In this document: positions 13,190 to 26,800 of the stretch, piece after piece
How the letters are laid out: every line of letters begins with the position of its first letter
Numbering within the stretch: position 1 is the stretch's first letter
Source: Vitrella brassicaformis CCMP3155
Lineage: Eukaryota; Protista; Chromerida
Length of the DNA: 64,000 nucleotides
Assembly: GCA_001179505.1 (NCBI GenBank)
Contig: CDMY01000277.1
Location: 1-64,000, forward strand
Reading direction: 5' to 3'
Notes under the pieces: generated by a model
What the model was told of the DNA's origin: nothing
What the model saw: only the letters and a program-made list of their open reading frames with translations
Databases searched by the model: none
Position numbers and translations under genes: made by a program

Positions 13190-16100
13190 ATGTCTTTTCT
13201 TTGGTCCGTCGGCGTCCTCCTGGCGGTGTGTTCTCCCGCATTCGGTTTGCACCATCGAGATTCCGTCCACAAGTCAGCCCCGCTCGCCGCCAACAACAGT
13301 TCCAATGAAGATGGATTCTACGTCGTGAGGCCCGAGCAGCTGATTCAGCACCATGCATGCAGATGCATCGCATTCTTCGTGTATTACATTTTTTGCAGAT
13401 TCGGGTTGTGTCTGACCATCATCTGGGCAGCCCCCGGTGCAGCAGAGAGCCTGGCTTAATCTGCACTGGCAGCAATGCCTGAGTGTTGTGTCCCTCGGTT
13501 GTTCCCCTCAGGACGATGAAGGCCGAGACTTTGAGGGCCATCCAGAAGTTCTTTGAGTTCCACAAGGACCCGCAATACATCGAGGATGAGAAGATCAAAC
13601 ACATCGTGTTCCTTGGCGATGTCTTCGAGGCCTGGTTGACGCCGCTGCACGAGAAGTGCCCCACCATCAAGGGACTTCTCACGAGTGGGAGTGAACGATT
13701 TCGCATCTCCTTCCCCGGTAGACACATCATCAAGCCATGCGCACGCTTGTTTGCAGTGGCTCTGTGTGTGTGTGTGTGTGTGTGTGAAGACATCATTGAC
13801 TCCATTAAGGCCATAGCTGACGAGTGCGGCGCCACAGTGTGGATCATGCGAGGTGCGGACACGCAGAATACACCGCAAGAAGAGAAAAGCCGACATGTTT
13901 ACTCTCTGGTTGCCATTACCTGTCTCCCTCAGGCAACCACGACGACCGGCTGTCCAGGGAGCTGGTTGCCGAGCTCTTCGGCGACTCTGTCAACTACGCC
14001 GAAGATGTGCTCGTCTTCCCCTCTGTAAGGCACATAGGACCCACCGGCAAAGAGGAAAGCGCGAACGTTCATGTGCGTTTATTGATCAGCCGGACAAGCC
14101 CCTCGTCAAGATGCAGGTAGGTAGATAGAGGCACAGGTGTCATGCATGACATACACATACCCGACATCAATCCCGCTTCCTGCCCTGCAGCACGGCCACT
14201 TGAACGACTTGTTCAACCGACCGGTATGGACGGTCACACGAGACACACGCTGCATATGTGTCCGCCTTGTCTCGATGTCTCTTCCCATCCGCAGGATCCC
14301 TACGGCCGCCCGAGTACGTGTCGCGCTGCCAGGCCGACTCATATTACCGGAAGATGCCCTTCGACGAAAATGCTTCATCGACCAAGGAAGAGGTGAAAAG
14401 TGACAGGAGGCGTCGAGGCCCATGCACATATGTGTTTGTGTCTCTCTGCTGTATCTGACGCGTACGCCTTTGACAGGGCTTTCACCGGTGGTTCGGTCAG
14501 CTCCCTGAGTCGGTGAACGACTGGATCAAGCAGAACACCTGGCTCAACCAGACATCAGACCCATTCGCCTTACCGGTCAGTAATGCAAACTGGTCACAGC
14601 CAATTATAAACCAAGCCACACATCGCCACTCATGCGCACGGGTTTGTCCTCTGTCTCGTCACGATTCACCGACCAATCGTTCAATCAGGTGTACAGCGAG
14701 ACGCTTCGCGGCTCTTTAAAGCTCCTCAGGCGCGGGTTCATCGGCAGATGGCTATCGGGGAAGTACATTCGGAGCATGTAAGGAAGAAAAGACGTCGCAA
14801 GCCGAGAAAGAAATCGTACCGCAGAGTTCGCGAGCCCTCGCATGAAAGGTGTGTATTTCTCGACTGTATGCCTGCAGCATCAAATATGGCTTCCCAGCCG
14901 TCGCGTGAGCGAGACTGACAGCACACGGATGAGGCTCCCACCTTCTCTGTGTGCACGTATGCGTGTGTGTCTGCCTTTCAGTCGCTGGACTATGCTGGCA
15001 GCGTGTGCATTCGACGAGTGGCCGACCGACGAAGAGATGGCAACAAAATTTTTCCAAGGCCAGGTTGGCAGCTAGCCGCCCACCCAGTGCGTGTACACCA
15101 GCGAAGCTCTGGTGTGCTGACATCAGCGCAAAGGCAAGAGTGTGTCATTCATCAAGCCTGACGAGAGCATGTACGACGTCATCCAACGGTACGCATCGCT
15201 GCCCTGCGACTTCAAGACCAAGGAGGGATTGTCGGAGGACCTCATCAAGGAACTGCTCATCGGGTCCACTGCCAACCAAGAGTACTTCGGTAGGCACACC
15301 GTCAGACAAACGATTTTGCCCCCTTATGTCCACCAATTGTGTATTTGTGTTTCAGTCTGCAGCGAGACCGATGCGCTGGTGACCGTCATGGGCCACACCC
15401 ACAGTAAGTATACACACACCTTACAACGTGCCACAAAGATCGCAGAATTGGAACATAGGTGTCCGTGTCCGTGTCTCTCTTCCCTCTGCGTCTTTCCTGG
15501 TCTGCAGATCACTACTTGCGCAAATTTGAAAAGTACAAGAAAGGCGCCGGGCAGATAATATACGCCAACTCGGGCGGATGGACCGACTCCTGCAAGAAGG
15601 TAACCAAGAAAGCGGCAGTGCAGAAAGAGACGCATACGAGTCAAATCTCTCCACCCATGTATGTTGATGCGTCCATCCGCGCTTGTGTGCATGCAGACAT
15701 TTGTGGACATCAAGATGTCCACTGGGCTCACTACTTACCCTCCGTCCGTCGCCAAGTTTGCTGCCAAGTGGAAGGCGCCCCTGAACACACCCGTCCGTGT
15801 GATGGACGAGTACCCGCTGCGCGTCGAGCTCTGGGAGTGGAATGACGGGTATATATCCCGCGGGACCTACTCGCGGCCTTTCTTTCGATCCATTCACATG
15901 TGTATACGTGTGTGGAGTGCAGATTCCCCTCCCTCCTGGCGGCTTTGAACACAGAGTACCTCACGAAAGTCACCCCCACAACATGGGACTGGCTTAAAGA
16001 CAAGATCAAGAACATCGGCGAGGAGATTGACGAATGGAAGGAACAGGCGAGCAAAGGAAAAGCCATGTCACCCAAAGTGACCGGAGGAGGCTCACTGCAT

Positions 16101-16229
16101 TCTCTGTCTGCCTGCCCTCAGGAGAAGCCAGACCCACTCGAGGACGAAGAGGGCGACGAGAGCTGCGAGGAGCTGCACAAGGAGACGTGGACCGAGTGGC
16201 TCCATCGGCTCGGCGCACACGTCTTCTGA
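13190..16229 (+). CDS. Secreted calcineurin-like metallophosphoesterase (LpxH/YbbF-like motif set), multi-exon
   Basis: Signal peptide MSFLWSVGVLLAVCSPAFG. All five metal-binding motifs appear in order: VSDHHLG, FLGDVFEAW, GNHD, HGHLND, VMGHTH, plus YANSGGW. Confidence 0.85.
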
Positions 16230-16610
16230 GGCACACATACACGCTAGAGATTTGATGAGAGGGAGGGAACTCTTTTCTGTTTGGGATGAGACACAAACGC
16301 GAAGACAAGGGGAAGGCCGCATTTGTGTTTGGTTTTGCGAGTGAATAACTGAGTGATCAGTCAGACACAGTCAACTAACGGATTCAATCGAGCCACATAT
16401 AATGACCTGTGCCCAACGTCACGCAAATCGCATCTCTCATTACTTGAGTGTCAGTCCCCCATTTCCCCCGGCTGTTGTGGCATTCGCGACAGTCCTTCAA
16501 ACTGAGATGTCATGCACAGCACAATAACAAACAAGCCATCAGTTCAATCCTCTTCGTTCGTCGAAGTCGAACGATTGCGAGCTTAGCTGAGAGGGAAATC
16601 CCGCGTTGCC

Positions 16611-17295
16611 ATGATGACGTCTTCCTCCTCCGATGTTCAGCCCGTCAGCTTGGAGCATCTCCGGACAAAGCCACGAGTGCTCGACTGCAAGGGCACGCCT
16701 GTGTTCTGCCGTCCGATGCGCCCAACAGACTACCCGGCCGTGAGAGATCTGTTGCCCAAGGTGAGCGGATAACACGGGCGCTTTCGTCTACAGTGTTTTT
16801 TAGCTGTGTTGTCTGCCATTGTCATAGGTCTCCCGCTGCCGTGAAGAGCACTCGCTGGAGCTGGTGGCCGCCTACTTGTCCCTCCCCACCTACCACGCCT
16901 TCTGCTGCTTCACCTCCACTGACCCAGACCAGCCCTTCTCCGCACCAGCGGCACCAGCAGTAGCGGCGGCCACCACCAACGGACATGACGGACCTTCCAC
17001 CCTCCCAGCCGACTTTGACGAGTCATCCTTGGAGCTGGTGGGGTACGGTGAGCTGTACCTGATGCCGCACATGGGGAGGGGCTTCGACGGCCGCCTGGAG
17101 AGGGTGGTGGTGTCGGAGGGCTTCCGAGGCAGGGGGCTGGCCACCGCCCTGTGTGAGCACATCATCGAGCAGGCGCGGGGGCCGCTGGCGTGCGGACGGG
17201 TGGATTTGACGGTCGAGAACCCTGCCGCCAAGCACATCTACACCAAGCTGGGGTTCGAGGACGTGCAGACCAAGATGATGCGGCTCATGCTGTGA
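16611..17295 (+). CDS. GNAT acetyltransferase, probably apicomplexan-type glucosamine-6-phosphate N-acetyltransferase (GNA1-like), 2 exons
   Basis: RPMRPTDYPAVRDLLPK|VSR...ELYLMPHMGRGFDGRLERVVVSEGFRGRGLATALC (acetyl-CoA R/QxxGxA loop)...HIYTKLGF. GT-AG intron ~16761-16828. Confidence 0.85.
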
Positions 17296-17810
17296 GCAAA
17301 GTGGTGTGATGAGAGGAGGCAGGCGGCACACAGACGGAGGCCGGTGAGTAGCTGTGCGAGTTAGTCGATTGAGGCCTGCTCGTTTGAGTAGTATTGATGT
17401 GTTTGTGCCGACTCCTTTTGTGTGCGAATGTGTGTCTGGGTGAGATAGACGGACATCACGCTGATGCATGCACGTGACCACTCATCAGTCACTCTCTCCC
17501 ACGGGAATACTTGTAAGGAAGGAACAAGGGAAAAAGAGACCCATTTGTCTTACTCGTCTAGACAAGCTTAGCAGGAGACACATACACCAATCAACCAGGC
17601 TTAGAAATAGAGGCAAGCAGAAACTAAGAAGGAAGCAGCGAGGAGAGCGACAAAAAGACAGACAATCACGTGTCGGTTGAAAACCTGCTTGACGCCCCAT
17701 GCACACGTATGGATGGAAACAAACACACATCGTGGGCTCTTATGAATCAATGCAGCCCAGCCCCACTGACTGATTGATGGCCCACATCAGTCAGTCACTT
17801 GACAGCTCAC

Positions 17811-20800
17811 TCACGTGTAGACGTCTCCCTTCTTGCCGACAGTGTCTGCCTTGGGCGAGAGGGGCTGGTTGGTCGCTGCCGCCCCCTCCTGCTTGGTCAC
17901 CCAGCTGAAGTAGCGGTTGTAGACGTCACTCCACTTCTCATCTGTGCTTGCCGGGGCACCCCTGAGCGGCTTCACGTTCTCTGTCGAGGCATCGCTCACG
18001 CGGTGCTGCTCATAGGGCACCTCGGCGCCCTTTACAGGCGGGGCGCTGGCAATGGCCGTCTCGCCGAACGTCTTGGACGGCGCTGCGACGAACTTGGCCC
18101 TCCTGCAGTCATCCAGTCAAAAATTGTGGACGGATGGATGCGTGTGTCGTCTGTGGCGATGGCTCACTTTCTGAAGCACGTGAAGTAGACGATTGCGGCA
18201 GCGATGGTGATGACGGCGAGGCAGCAGAGTGCGCCGATGAGGAAGGCCATCTCTGTCGAGAGGCCCTTGTCTTCCTTCTTGGGCTCAGCCCAGGACGGCA
18301 GGCCGTCGCCCAGCTGGTCGTCGGCAGATGACCCCCGGCCCGCCCCCAGCACGTCATAGGAGCCGTTGTTGTTGTCCGTAATGCCTACAAAGGCGTAGTC
18401 GGCCGACACGCCGTAGATGTTCTTGCTGAACGCCATGATATACGCCGCACCTGGCGGAATCCTGCACCCACAGACAGACAGACAGACACACAGGCAGGCA
18501 GACGGACAGATGGCAGTCTCTTCAGTCCAGTGTGTGTCTCCGAGCCATCTTTCCTCCAGCGAGCTCACGGTTCGTTTGTGAAGGTGTAGGAGAGTTTGGA
18601 AACGCCGTAATTGGGCTTGATGTTGCTGGCGACGTGCTGGAGTGGAAGGTCTATGAGGTCCTTAATTGGACTGAGGCGCTGGTCGCCCCAGCGGATGGCG
18701 TAGTACCTGATGCCAGTCTCGTCCTGCGCGTAGTCAACGTGCAGTGTGACAGTCAGCTGCATTGGCACCTCATCCGTGTCATTCCTGAACGCGCGAAGCA
18801 CACACACACACACACACAGACGGATGGATGGATGGATGGATGGCGTAGGTGTGTTTGGGTTGATTGCATACGAGAGCATGGCGGCGATTGGTGAGAATAC
18901 GGGTGGCGGGCAGTCGCCGTCCGCGCAGTGGCTGGGGGGAATGGACGTCATGGCGAGGACCCGCATTTCGTTCGGAGGCTCCTGCATATCGTTAAAGAGT
19001 TTCGTCCTGTTGTTGGCGTCCCGCAGCCGCGTATCGAGTGCACGCTGTGCCTCCATCACTGTGTCGTAGTTTTCCTGCTCGCCGGGCGTGGCGTCTTCGC
19101 CGCCCTCAGGCTCAATATTGGCGTTGACCTCGGTGCTGCCGTCGGCCTGGAGGCGCCTGACGATGCCGTTGACGAACGAGCCGACGGTCCTGCCACCGGC
19201 CTCGTAGATAGCGTCGTGTAGGCGTCGCGACTTGAGAGGCTGCACGTCGGCAATCTTGATGCGGTCGGCGGAGATTTCCAGGAGGGTGGCGATGTTGTTG
19301 ATCATCTTGCCCCGTCTGGTGTCGGTAAAGTCGTCCAGAGGCACATCCAGCTTCAGGTTGAGCTGCACAATGGTCGTCGTCCGGATGACAATGTAGTTCT
19401 TGCCTGCACACACGCACTCGTCCAAGGAGCGGAAACAAGAGGCGATCGATGTGCGTCCGTGCGTCCCTGCCGACTGACCGTATTCAGCTTGGCGGCCGCC
19501 CTGCATCACCAGGTGGAATCGCCTCAGTTGGGGGTTGTTGGCATTGGTCCCATGCGTCGCATTCACCAGCACCGGCTTGGTTGTGAGGGCGAGGCTGGAC
19601 TCGCGTTCGACGCCGTTGCGAAAGACGTGTCTCTTGATGGGGTCTCTGTAGAAGATGTTGAGCAGGATCTTGTCGTCCTCGTCGGGCGACATGTAGTGGA
19701 GCTCCATGCTGTTGGGCGTGGTGCCCAGCAAGGTCAGGTTGTACTCTCGGTCGGGAACCAACGGCGCTTGGACCAACGAATAGTAGAACCTGCAGAAATC
19801 CATCCATCCATCCACCCACCCTCTTTGTGTTGGTTCTGTGTGGGCACAGGTCAGTTGCTTGCTGACCGTTTGGCGCATTCGTCGTTGCCCATTCCCTGTG
19901 CGGCGAATTCTTTCTCCGTGCCGTTTGCCACCTCTCGTCTCATGACCATTGGCGGGATGCGCCGGCTGCCGCTGTCGGGGTCCAGGGAATACAGACTGAA
20001 CCAACGGAACTTGAGCGAGCGGCAAAACTTCAACCCTGGCGAATCACACACACACACACACACGCAGAGAGAGAGAGAGGGAGGGTGGCTGGCGCGTGTC
20101 AGTCTCTGTGTCAGTGTGTCCCGTTGTCGCACGCACTCATATCGGTGAGGTCTTCGCAATCGGGGTAGTTGTCGATGACCGCCACTGACTCTTTGGGCGT
20201 GAACAGGCCGGAAGTGCCCTGGCCCAGCAAAGTACCGTCCATGTCGTGGCCGAAGGTCAGCTGCACGGCGTCGCACACACCCGTCGCGTCGTCGGGGTTG
20301 CAGCCCGTGCCGCCCTCGCCTGCACGCGTGTCGAGACGGAACTTCTGCCCATTCTCTGGACACAGCACAGCAGACATCCATGGTTGCATTCATCGCATCA
20401 CCAGCACCACAGTGGGTCTGGCTGACCGGTGTCGATCCACTTGGTCTGGTAAAAGTCCATGTCAGGAGTGTAGTCGGGCTGGCTGGGGTTGTGGGCCACC
20501 GCGTAGGCCTTCTCGTTGCACTCGTCCTTGAACTTGGCGAACACGGTGTTCCGCAGCTCCACATGGGCGTAGATGCCGCCGCGCACACCGTATCGCCGCT
20601 CCCAGGGGGGCGAGCACATGCGCTCGGGGACGGTGGGGGGGCGGCAGTCCATCCCGCCCTCGCCAGCATCGAGACCGACGTCCATCACACACGTCTTGGC
20701 GCGATTCGTCTGCACACGCAATGATGCAATAAGGCAGACGGGCCAATCCGCGTGAGCCTCCACCCACCGACCGACGGACCTTTTGGACTGTCATGAAGCC

Positions 20801-23800
20801 GACGCGTCTGACTGTCTCGCCGGTCACTGGGACGAACTCGGGCCCGGCAAAGACAGAGTTGCAGCCATTGGGCTCCACGTCGCCCTTCGTGAAGGCCTGT
20901 GCCACACACACGCAGACACACACATGAATGAGAGAGGAATGTCATTTGTGTGCGTGTGTGACAGAGACAGGCAGGGAGGCACCAGGCAGGTCTGTCCATA
21001 GCAGGTGTCTCCGTCGGTGCGAGTGGAGGCGGCGGTGGTGCCCATGAGGATGGTGTCCTGCAGCCAGGCGTACTGGATCTTGGTGTAGTGCACAAAGTTG
21101 AGCGAGATGCCGATGTGCGAGTCAGACACCGTCACGCTGTTCAGCTGCATGTCGGCACCGGTGTCCACCACCAACACGCCCTGCGCCCATCCACACACAC
21201 ACGCACACAAAGGAGAGAGGTGGGTCTGTGTAGTGGGAGGGGGGAGAGAGGGCTCCTTACGAAGTGCGCGGCTTTCCAGATGGTCCACTTGTTGAGTGCC
21301 TTGCACTGGTTGCCGGTGGTGCCGCCGGTGCCACCAGCCCCCATCTCGGGCCACATGTACACGCCGATCACCGCACCCACCACCTCGTTGCTACGCACCG
21401 TCTCTGTGTGCGCCCACCCATCCACACCACACACACACATCGCACACTCATCAACGGCGATCGATGTCTGTGTGGTGTGAGTGAGTGATGCGTGTGCACC
21501 CACCCTGGCCGCAATCGTCTGCGACGATCATGAAGCCAGTGTCCTGCGAGCCGGAGGCCACGTTGCCCGTCACCCACGTCTGCCTGCACACCCACCACAC
21601 ACACGGGAAGGATGAATGGGGGCTTGTGTCTGTGTGTGTCTGTGTCTGTGTGGGTCTACTTTGCGGCCAGGTAGAATGAAGCGTAGGTAATGAGCCAATC
21701 GTCTGGATCCTCTGGATCACGCCGTGTGCCGACCACAAGGTTGTTCTATCCCACAGACACACGCACACACAGAGACAGGCACACATACGCCCACAGACAG
21801 AGACACAGAGGAAGAGACGTATCTGTCTGTGTGAGTGTCGCCCTCCCCCCTTGGCTGCGACGCCTACAGTGATTTCATTGCGGTCAGCGTCGTTCCACGC
21901 CTCGACGGTCTGTTTGCATCCGTGGTAGTAGACGTTGCTGTCGATGCGCGTGTTGTGGATGCCCCGCAGCACCGTGCCATAGTTGAGGAGCGAGAAGGAG
22001 CAGCCGATGACACTGTTGGGGTACACGCCCTCCACGATCTCCATCGCCTCGTCCCGGCCGCCGTCGTTCTTCGACAAGTGGTACTCGAAGTTGAGCGCTC
22101 CCCACGGCAGAGACTGCTTGCCGGCGTTCTCAAAGTGGACATACTTGGCGTCGATGTGGCCGTATCGGTATGTGGTCACGCCCTGGTCGACGTCCTCCTG
22201 GGCGACAGCCACCACCGCCAGGTGTCCGCCGAACACCTTGTTGGGGTCGCCGTCTGGCAGAGCGCCCCTGACAACGACGTTTCTGGTGATCTTGCCGACA
22301 GGCGCGCGCATCTCCACAGTGCGTGTGTTGCCGGCGGCGTCAGTGACGGTCTCAACGCCAGCGTAGTGCCTCTTCTGGAGAGCTGGGGCGATGTTGACTC
22401 TTGTGACGTAGACGCCGGTGTCGCCGACAGGTCCGGAGGGATCGCCGACAGAAGTGATCTTGACCTCCTCAATCTCCCTCCAATCGTATTCGGTGGACCC
22501 GATGACCAGCACGTCGTTGGCCGCCCAGCCCTGGAGGACGCCGATGCTGCGGACATCGATGGACTGGGTTCCTGCCTCGGCTGTGGTCTCGAGCTTGGCC
22601 CAGGGGGTGGTGGTCGCGCCCAGCAAGTTGAGCTGGCCCACTACGCCAACGGCCTTGTTGCCTAGCCTGCACACATTCATGCGCACACCAACAACGGGCT
22701 CGGTTGCTCTCTCTGTCCCTCCCTGTTCGTTGCCTCACGCACCAGACGTCCTCGGCGTATGGCGTCATGGATTTGTCGAGGTCGTTGCCGTGCAGCTCGA
22801 TGGTGGCGGTGAAGTCGGTGGCGCGGTAGTCGATGTGCAACATGCCCGACACGCGGATGTTCTTGGCCTTGAGCAAGATGTTGCGACCGCCACCGCCTTC
22901 CGCGTCCTGGAAGTCCGTTATAAGGATGTCCAGACGCCCTGCAGGCGCACAGACAGACAGACAGACAGACAGGCAGACAGACAGAGAGACGGGCAGACAG
23001 AGACATGGATGGTGGATGGCTATCACCGCACTGCCGACCTCCCCCACCTTCCCCACCTCTGACGTCGAGTTCTGGGATGATCTCGTTCTCGAGTGCTCCG
23101 GCAGCCGTCGCATCGATGTAGATCCACCTGGTGGATGGGATGATGAGAGGGTCGCCGCTCTTGGGGAAGCTGTTGCTGCCGCCAAACTCGCTCGCATCCT
23201 CGAAGAAGCCCTCGATCCTTCTGTGCTTGCCCTCATCGACGTCGTCACCGGGCCGGACCCACGTGTCGGCTTCCGACCATGCGTATCTGGTGTCGCCCCA
23301 GTCGCCCTCCTCAATTGCGGGGCAGCCCGTCTCCTCGCACTGCCGCGCCTTGATGGCCATCGTGAAGGGGCTCGACAGGTTCGCGATCTCACCTGAAGAC
23401 AGGCAGAGATTTGTTCATCGTAGGGTGGCATGCTATGCGCACATGGACACATTAGATATACCTTGCTGGTAGATTTTGTCGGTGTTGAGCATCAAGGCAA
23501 AGGTGCCGTTGTGGGCGCGGCCGCCAGGCAGAATGTGGGTACCGAATGCCATTTCTGCCCACACAGGCAGCGCACAGCAAACAGGAGAGAGACAGAACTC
23601 CCACACCTGAAAACCTCTGTCTACTGCTCTGCCTTCTTACCGTTTGTGAGTGTGGTGATGGGCTTTTCGGTCTCCGTGTAGAGGCTAAAGAGGTCGGGGT
23701 CGCCCTCGGGCCCCTTCTTCTCGAGGCCAATGATGCGCACCAGGGGAGCCGACTCGTTGTCCTTGGCGTCGATGGTGGTGCACTTGCCGCCCAAAGAACC

Positions 23801-26800
23801 AGCACAGTTGCCGCCCAGCACACCGTCCCAGCCCACTGTGTTGGCCTCCGTCCACGACTCGTCGTACTTGTTGCTGTCGTACCATGTCGGCACTGTGACC
23901 AAGAAGTGGTCCCTCCAGTTGTCCCACTGCCAATACATGCCTGTACGCATCCAGCCATCCATCGAAGACACAAGCGGAATGACCCCATTGTCGGCCGCAC
24001 ACACACACGGACGGACGTACCCATCCACTCTTTGGGTTCCCGGTTTGTCGTTGCCGCCATTTCTTTGTACTTCTCTATGTAATCGGGGACGCCGTACTCG
24101 AGCTTGAACTCACGGAAATTCGAACGCATCCTGCTCATACACACACACAGACAGGGAGAGAGGCCACATGCCCTCATCCACGTGTGTGGTCGTCCCCCAG
24201 TCCGTTCCCTCACTGACGCGGAGTTCCATGTGATGTTGTAGTAGGCGTCTGCCTGCAGAGGGACGGCCCAGCCGGAGAAGTCACGTGGCCGGTAGGGGAT
24301 GCGGTCGGTCTGGGGCGGCAGGCCGCTGTCCACCACCTGCTTCTCGGCCTCCCAGCTGTCGGCCCCGAAGATCTCCATCTCACGCCACAGCAGCTCGCGG
24401 GGCTCCATGCTCTTGAACTTGACCTTGCTGCACAGACACAGACACAGACCCAACACACCCGGCAAAGGCACGAATGAGCGTTGAGATGGGAAGGCAGGCA
24501 GTGTGCTTCCTTCAGTGACCGACCGACCGGATGGGTCTGGTGCAGACGAGTCCCTTGTCGTATGTGTCGTCCTCGTTCATGTGCCTGCAGCTGCTGCGGT
24601 TGTTGAAGGCGAAGTACTGCGTGGCCCAGCTGCACACAGCCACAAAACATCCATCCATCTCGGCCGTGTCCATTCACTACCGACCTGTTGGCTCCTAAGC
24701 CCGTGAAGGATCCGTCAAGGTCCCAGATGATGTCTTTGAGGGTCCAGTCGACCCGCTTGTTGGAGTTGACGAACTTGAGGTTCTTGACGCGCGTCGTGTA
24801 GGCGCCCTGGGCCATGTCCGTGTCAGACAGACACTTGGTGCACGGCTCTACACACACACAAAGGGCACACACACACACAGAGCCGTCATCGCCGGGTGTG
24901 GTGGGGTGCATTGTTTACTGATGGCATAGTTGTTTCCGAGGTTGACGAAGTAGGCGTCCTCGATGCCCCAATACTCCTTCTGCGGCGCCATGATGCCGCT
25001 GCCACCCGAGCCGTCGACCGAGCCCACCACCAGCATCTTGTAGAAGTTGGGCGGCGACTTTTCGCCCACGTCCTCGTGCATCTTTTCCCACTCCACACCG
25101 AGGCCGTTCTCGAAGAGACGATAGCCGTGGTGATGCGCATCGCCCACCTGATCGATTCATACATCAACCATCCATCCATCCACACACACATGCACCCAAA
25201 TGAACGAGTGGCTTGCCTCTTTGTGGAAGACGCCGCGCCCATTTCGGTAAGAGAGCAGTGTGTCGAGGTACTGCGGTTTGGTGACGGAGCCGCCGCAGGG
25301 GTCCGCCATTGGGTTCCATCCCGGGTAGATGCGGAGGCCGATACTGTTGGAGTGGGCAGAGTTGTTCTTGTACTGACCGACGTGCTCTTTGATGGGGCAC
25401 AGATCCATCGTGGCCGAGGGACCGGTGGGCCGGCCTGTCAGCTCGAACCAGAAGCCCCACGATACTGAGCCGGCAGCGACGTTGTGGCGCCAGTAGTTAG
25501 AGGGGATTTGCTGACAGGGGAACAGAGAAAGACATCCATGCATGACCTCACTTTGCAGCGGAGAGGTGGACGTGGCATGATGTATACGCACCTGCCAGAA
25601 GCTCGCTGTTGTGCAGTGATGACAACAGGATGGCAGAGACACGAGAAGTCAATCACGGGCGTGAGTGTGTGTGTGTGATTGATGTGATGTACCTGGCTTG
25701 AGGTCTCCCTTGAGCATGACGGGATTCTTGCGCGTGAGAGCCACCAGGTTGCCCTCAATCCGATTGTACTTCTCGGCACCATCCTCCACAAACACAGTCT
25801 GCACACACAATACAGAAATGCATCCCCACTCCTCCACCCACATGGGCGTCAAGGCACTACACACGCCCACGTACGTGGCCAGCGACGTCGTAGTAGCAGT
25901 TGTCGGTGATCTTGGCGTACCACACGCCGTGGATGGTCGTGCCTCGCTGGAAGGAGTGGTGCACAGAGTTGGCCTTGATGTAGCCGTCGTGCAGGATCGA
26001 CGACAGGTGGAAGTGCGAGCAGTATCGGCCGAGATTGCCCTGCTGACCGCAGTGGTACAGCTCGGCGTTCTCAAAACGCTGGAGAGCACCGACAGCCGCC
26101 ATCGTGTGCACACCGTATTTCTGACACACAATGCACAACGCAGAGACGGTGGTCGGCCCCTCTCTCCACTCTCTCTGTTCCCCAGCAATCTGCTCTGCCT
26201 GCCCACCTTACCTGTTTTGGAGAGTTTTCATCTCCGTGTATCTTGATGTTCCTCGTCATGAGGCCGGCTTCACAAGTGAGTGTGGCCGGCTCGTGGTCCT
26301 TGACAATGTCGACATTCCACTCGTCGAGCTTGGCTTGCGTGACTGTGGTGACGATGTGGTCATGCTTGAGGGGCGTCTGGAGGGTCACGATATTGCCAGC
26401 GGAGCTGGCCACCTTGTGGACCTCGATCTGGCCGAGGGAGCTGGTGCACGACGTGATGAAGATCTCCTCGTCCTCGGCCCAATCCACTTCCGTCTTCAGG
26501 GTTATCTCGGTGTCATCTGCAGACAGACAGCCAAACACACAGAGAGACAGACAGACATGGGAGAAAGACGTCTGTCTGTCTGTCTGTCTGTCCATCTTTC
26601 ATGCATGCACGCATACAGGGCTAAAGGGGCACCCACCCTTGAGAGCAGTTTCTGCGAGGAACGTCCAGACGCGCTTGCGGACTTTGCCGTGTATGTCCAT
26701 GAGACCCATTCTGCCGACAGTGGAGCTGGGCGAGACGGCGAGCATCTTGTTTCCCACGTGGGGCATGGCGATTGTGTCGAACTTGTCGCCGTGCAGCACG

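Noticed and set aside
12871-13308. 145-aa ORF with CxxC pairs (CADC...CETC) resembling a zinc finger
   Set aside because: It overlaps the non-coding repeat and runs out of frame into the phosphoesterase start. The other repeat copy has no equivalent gene context.
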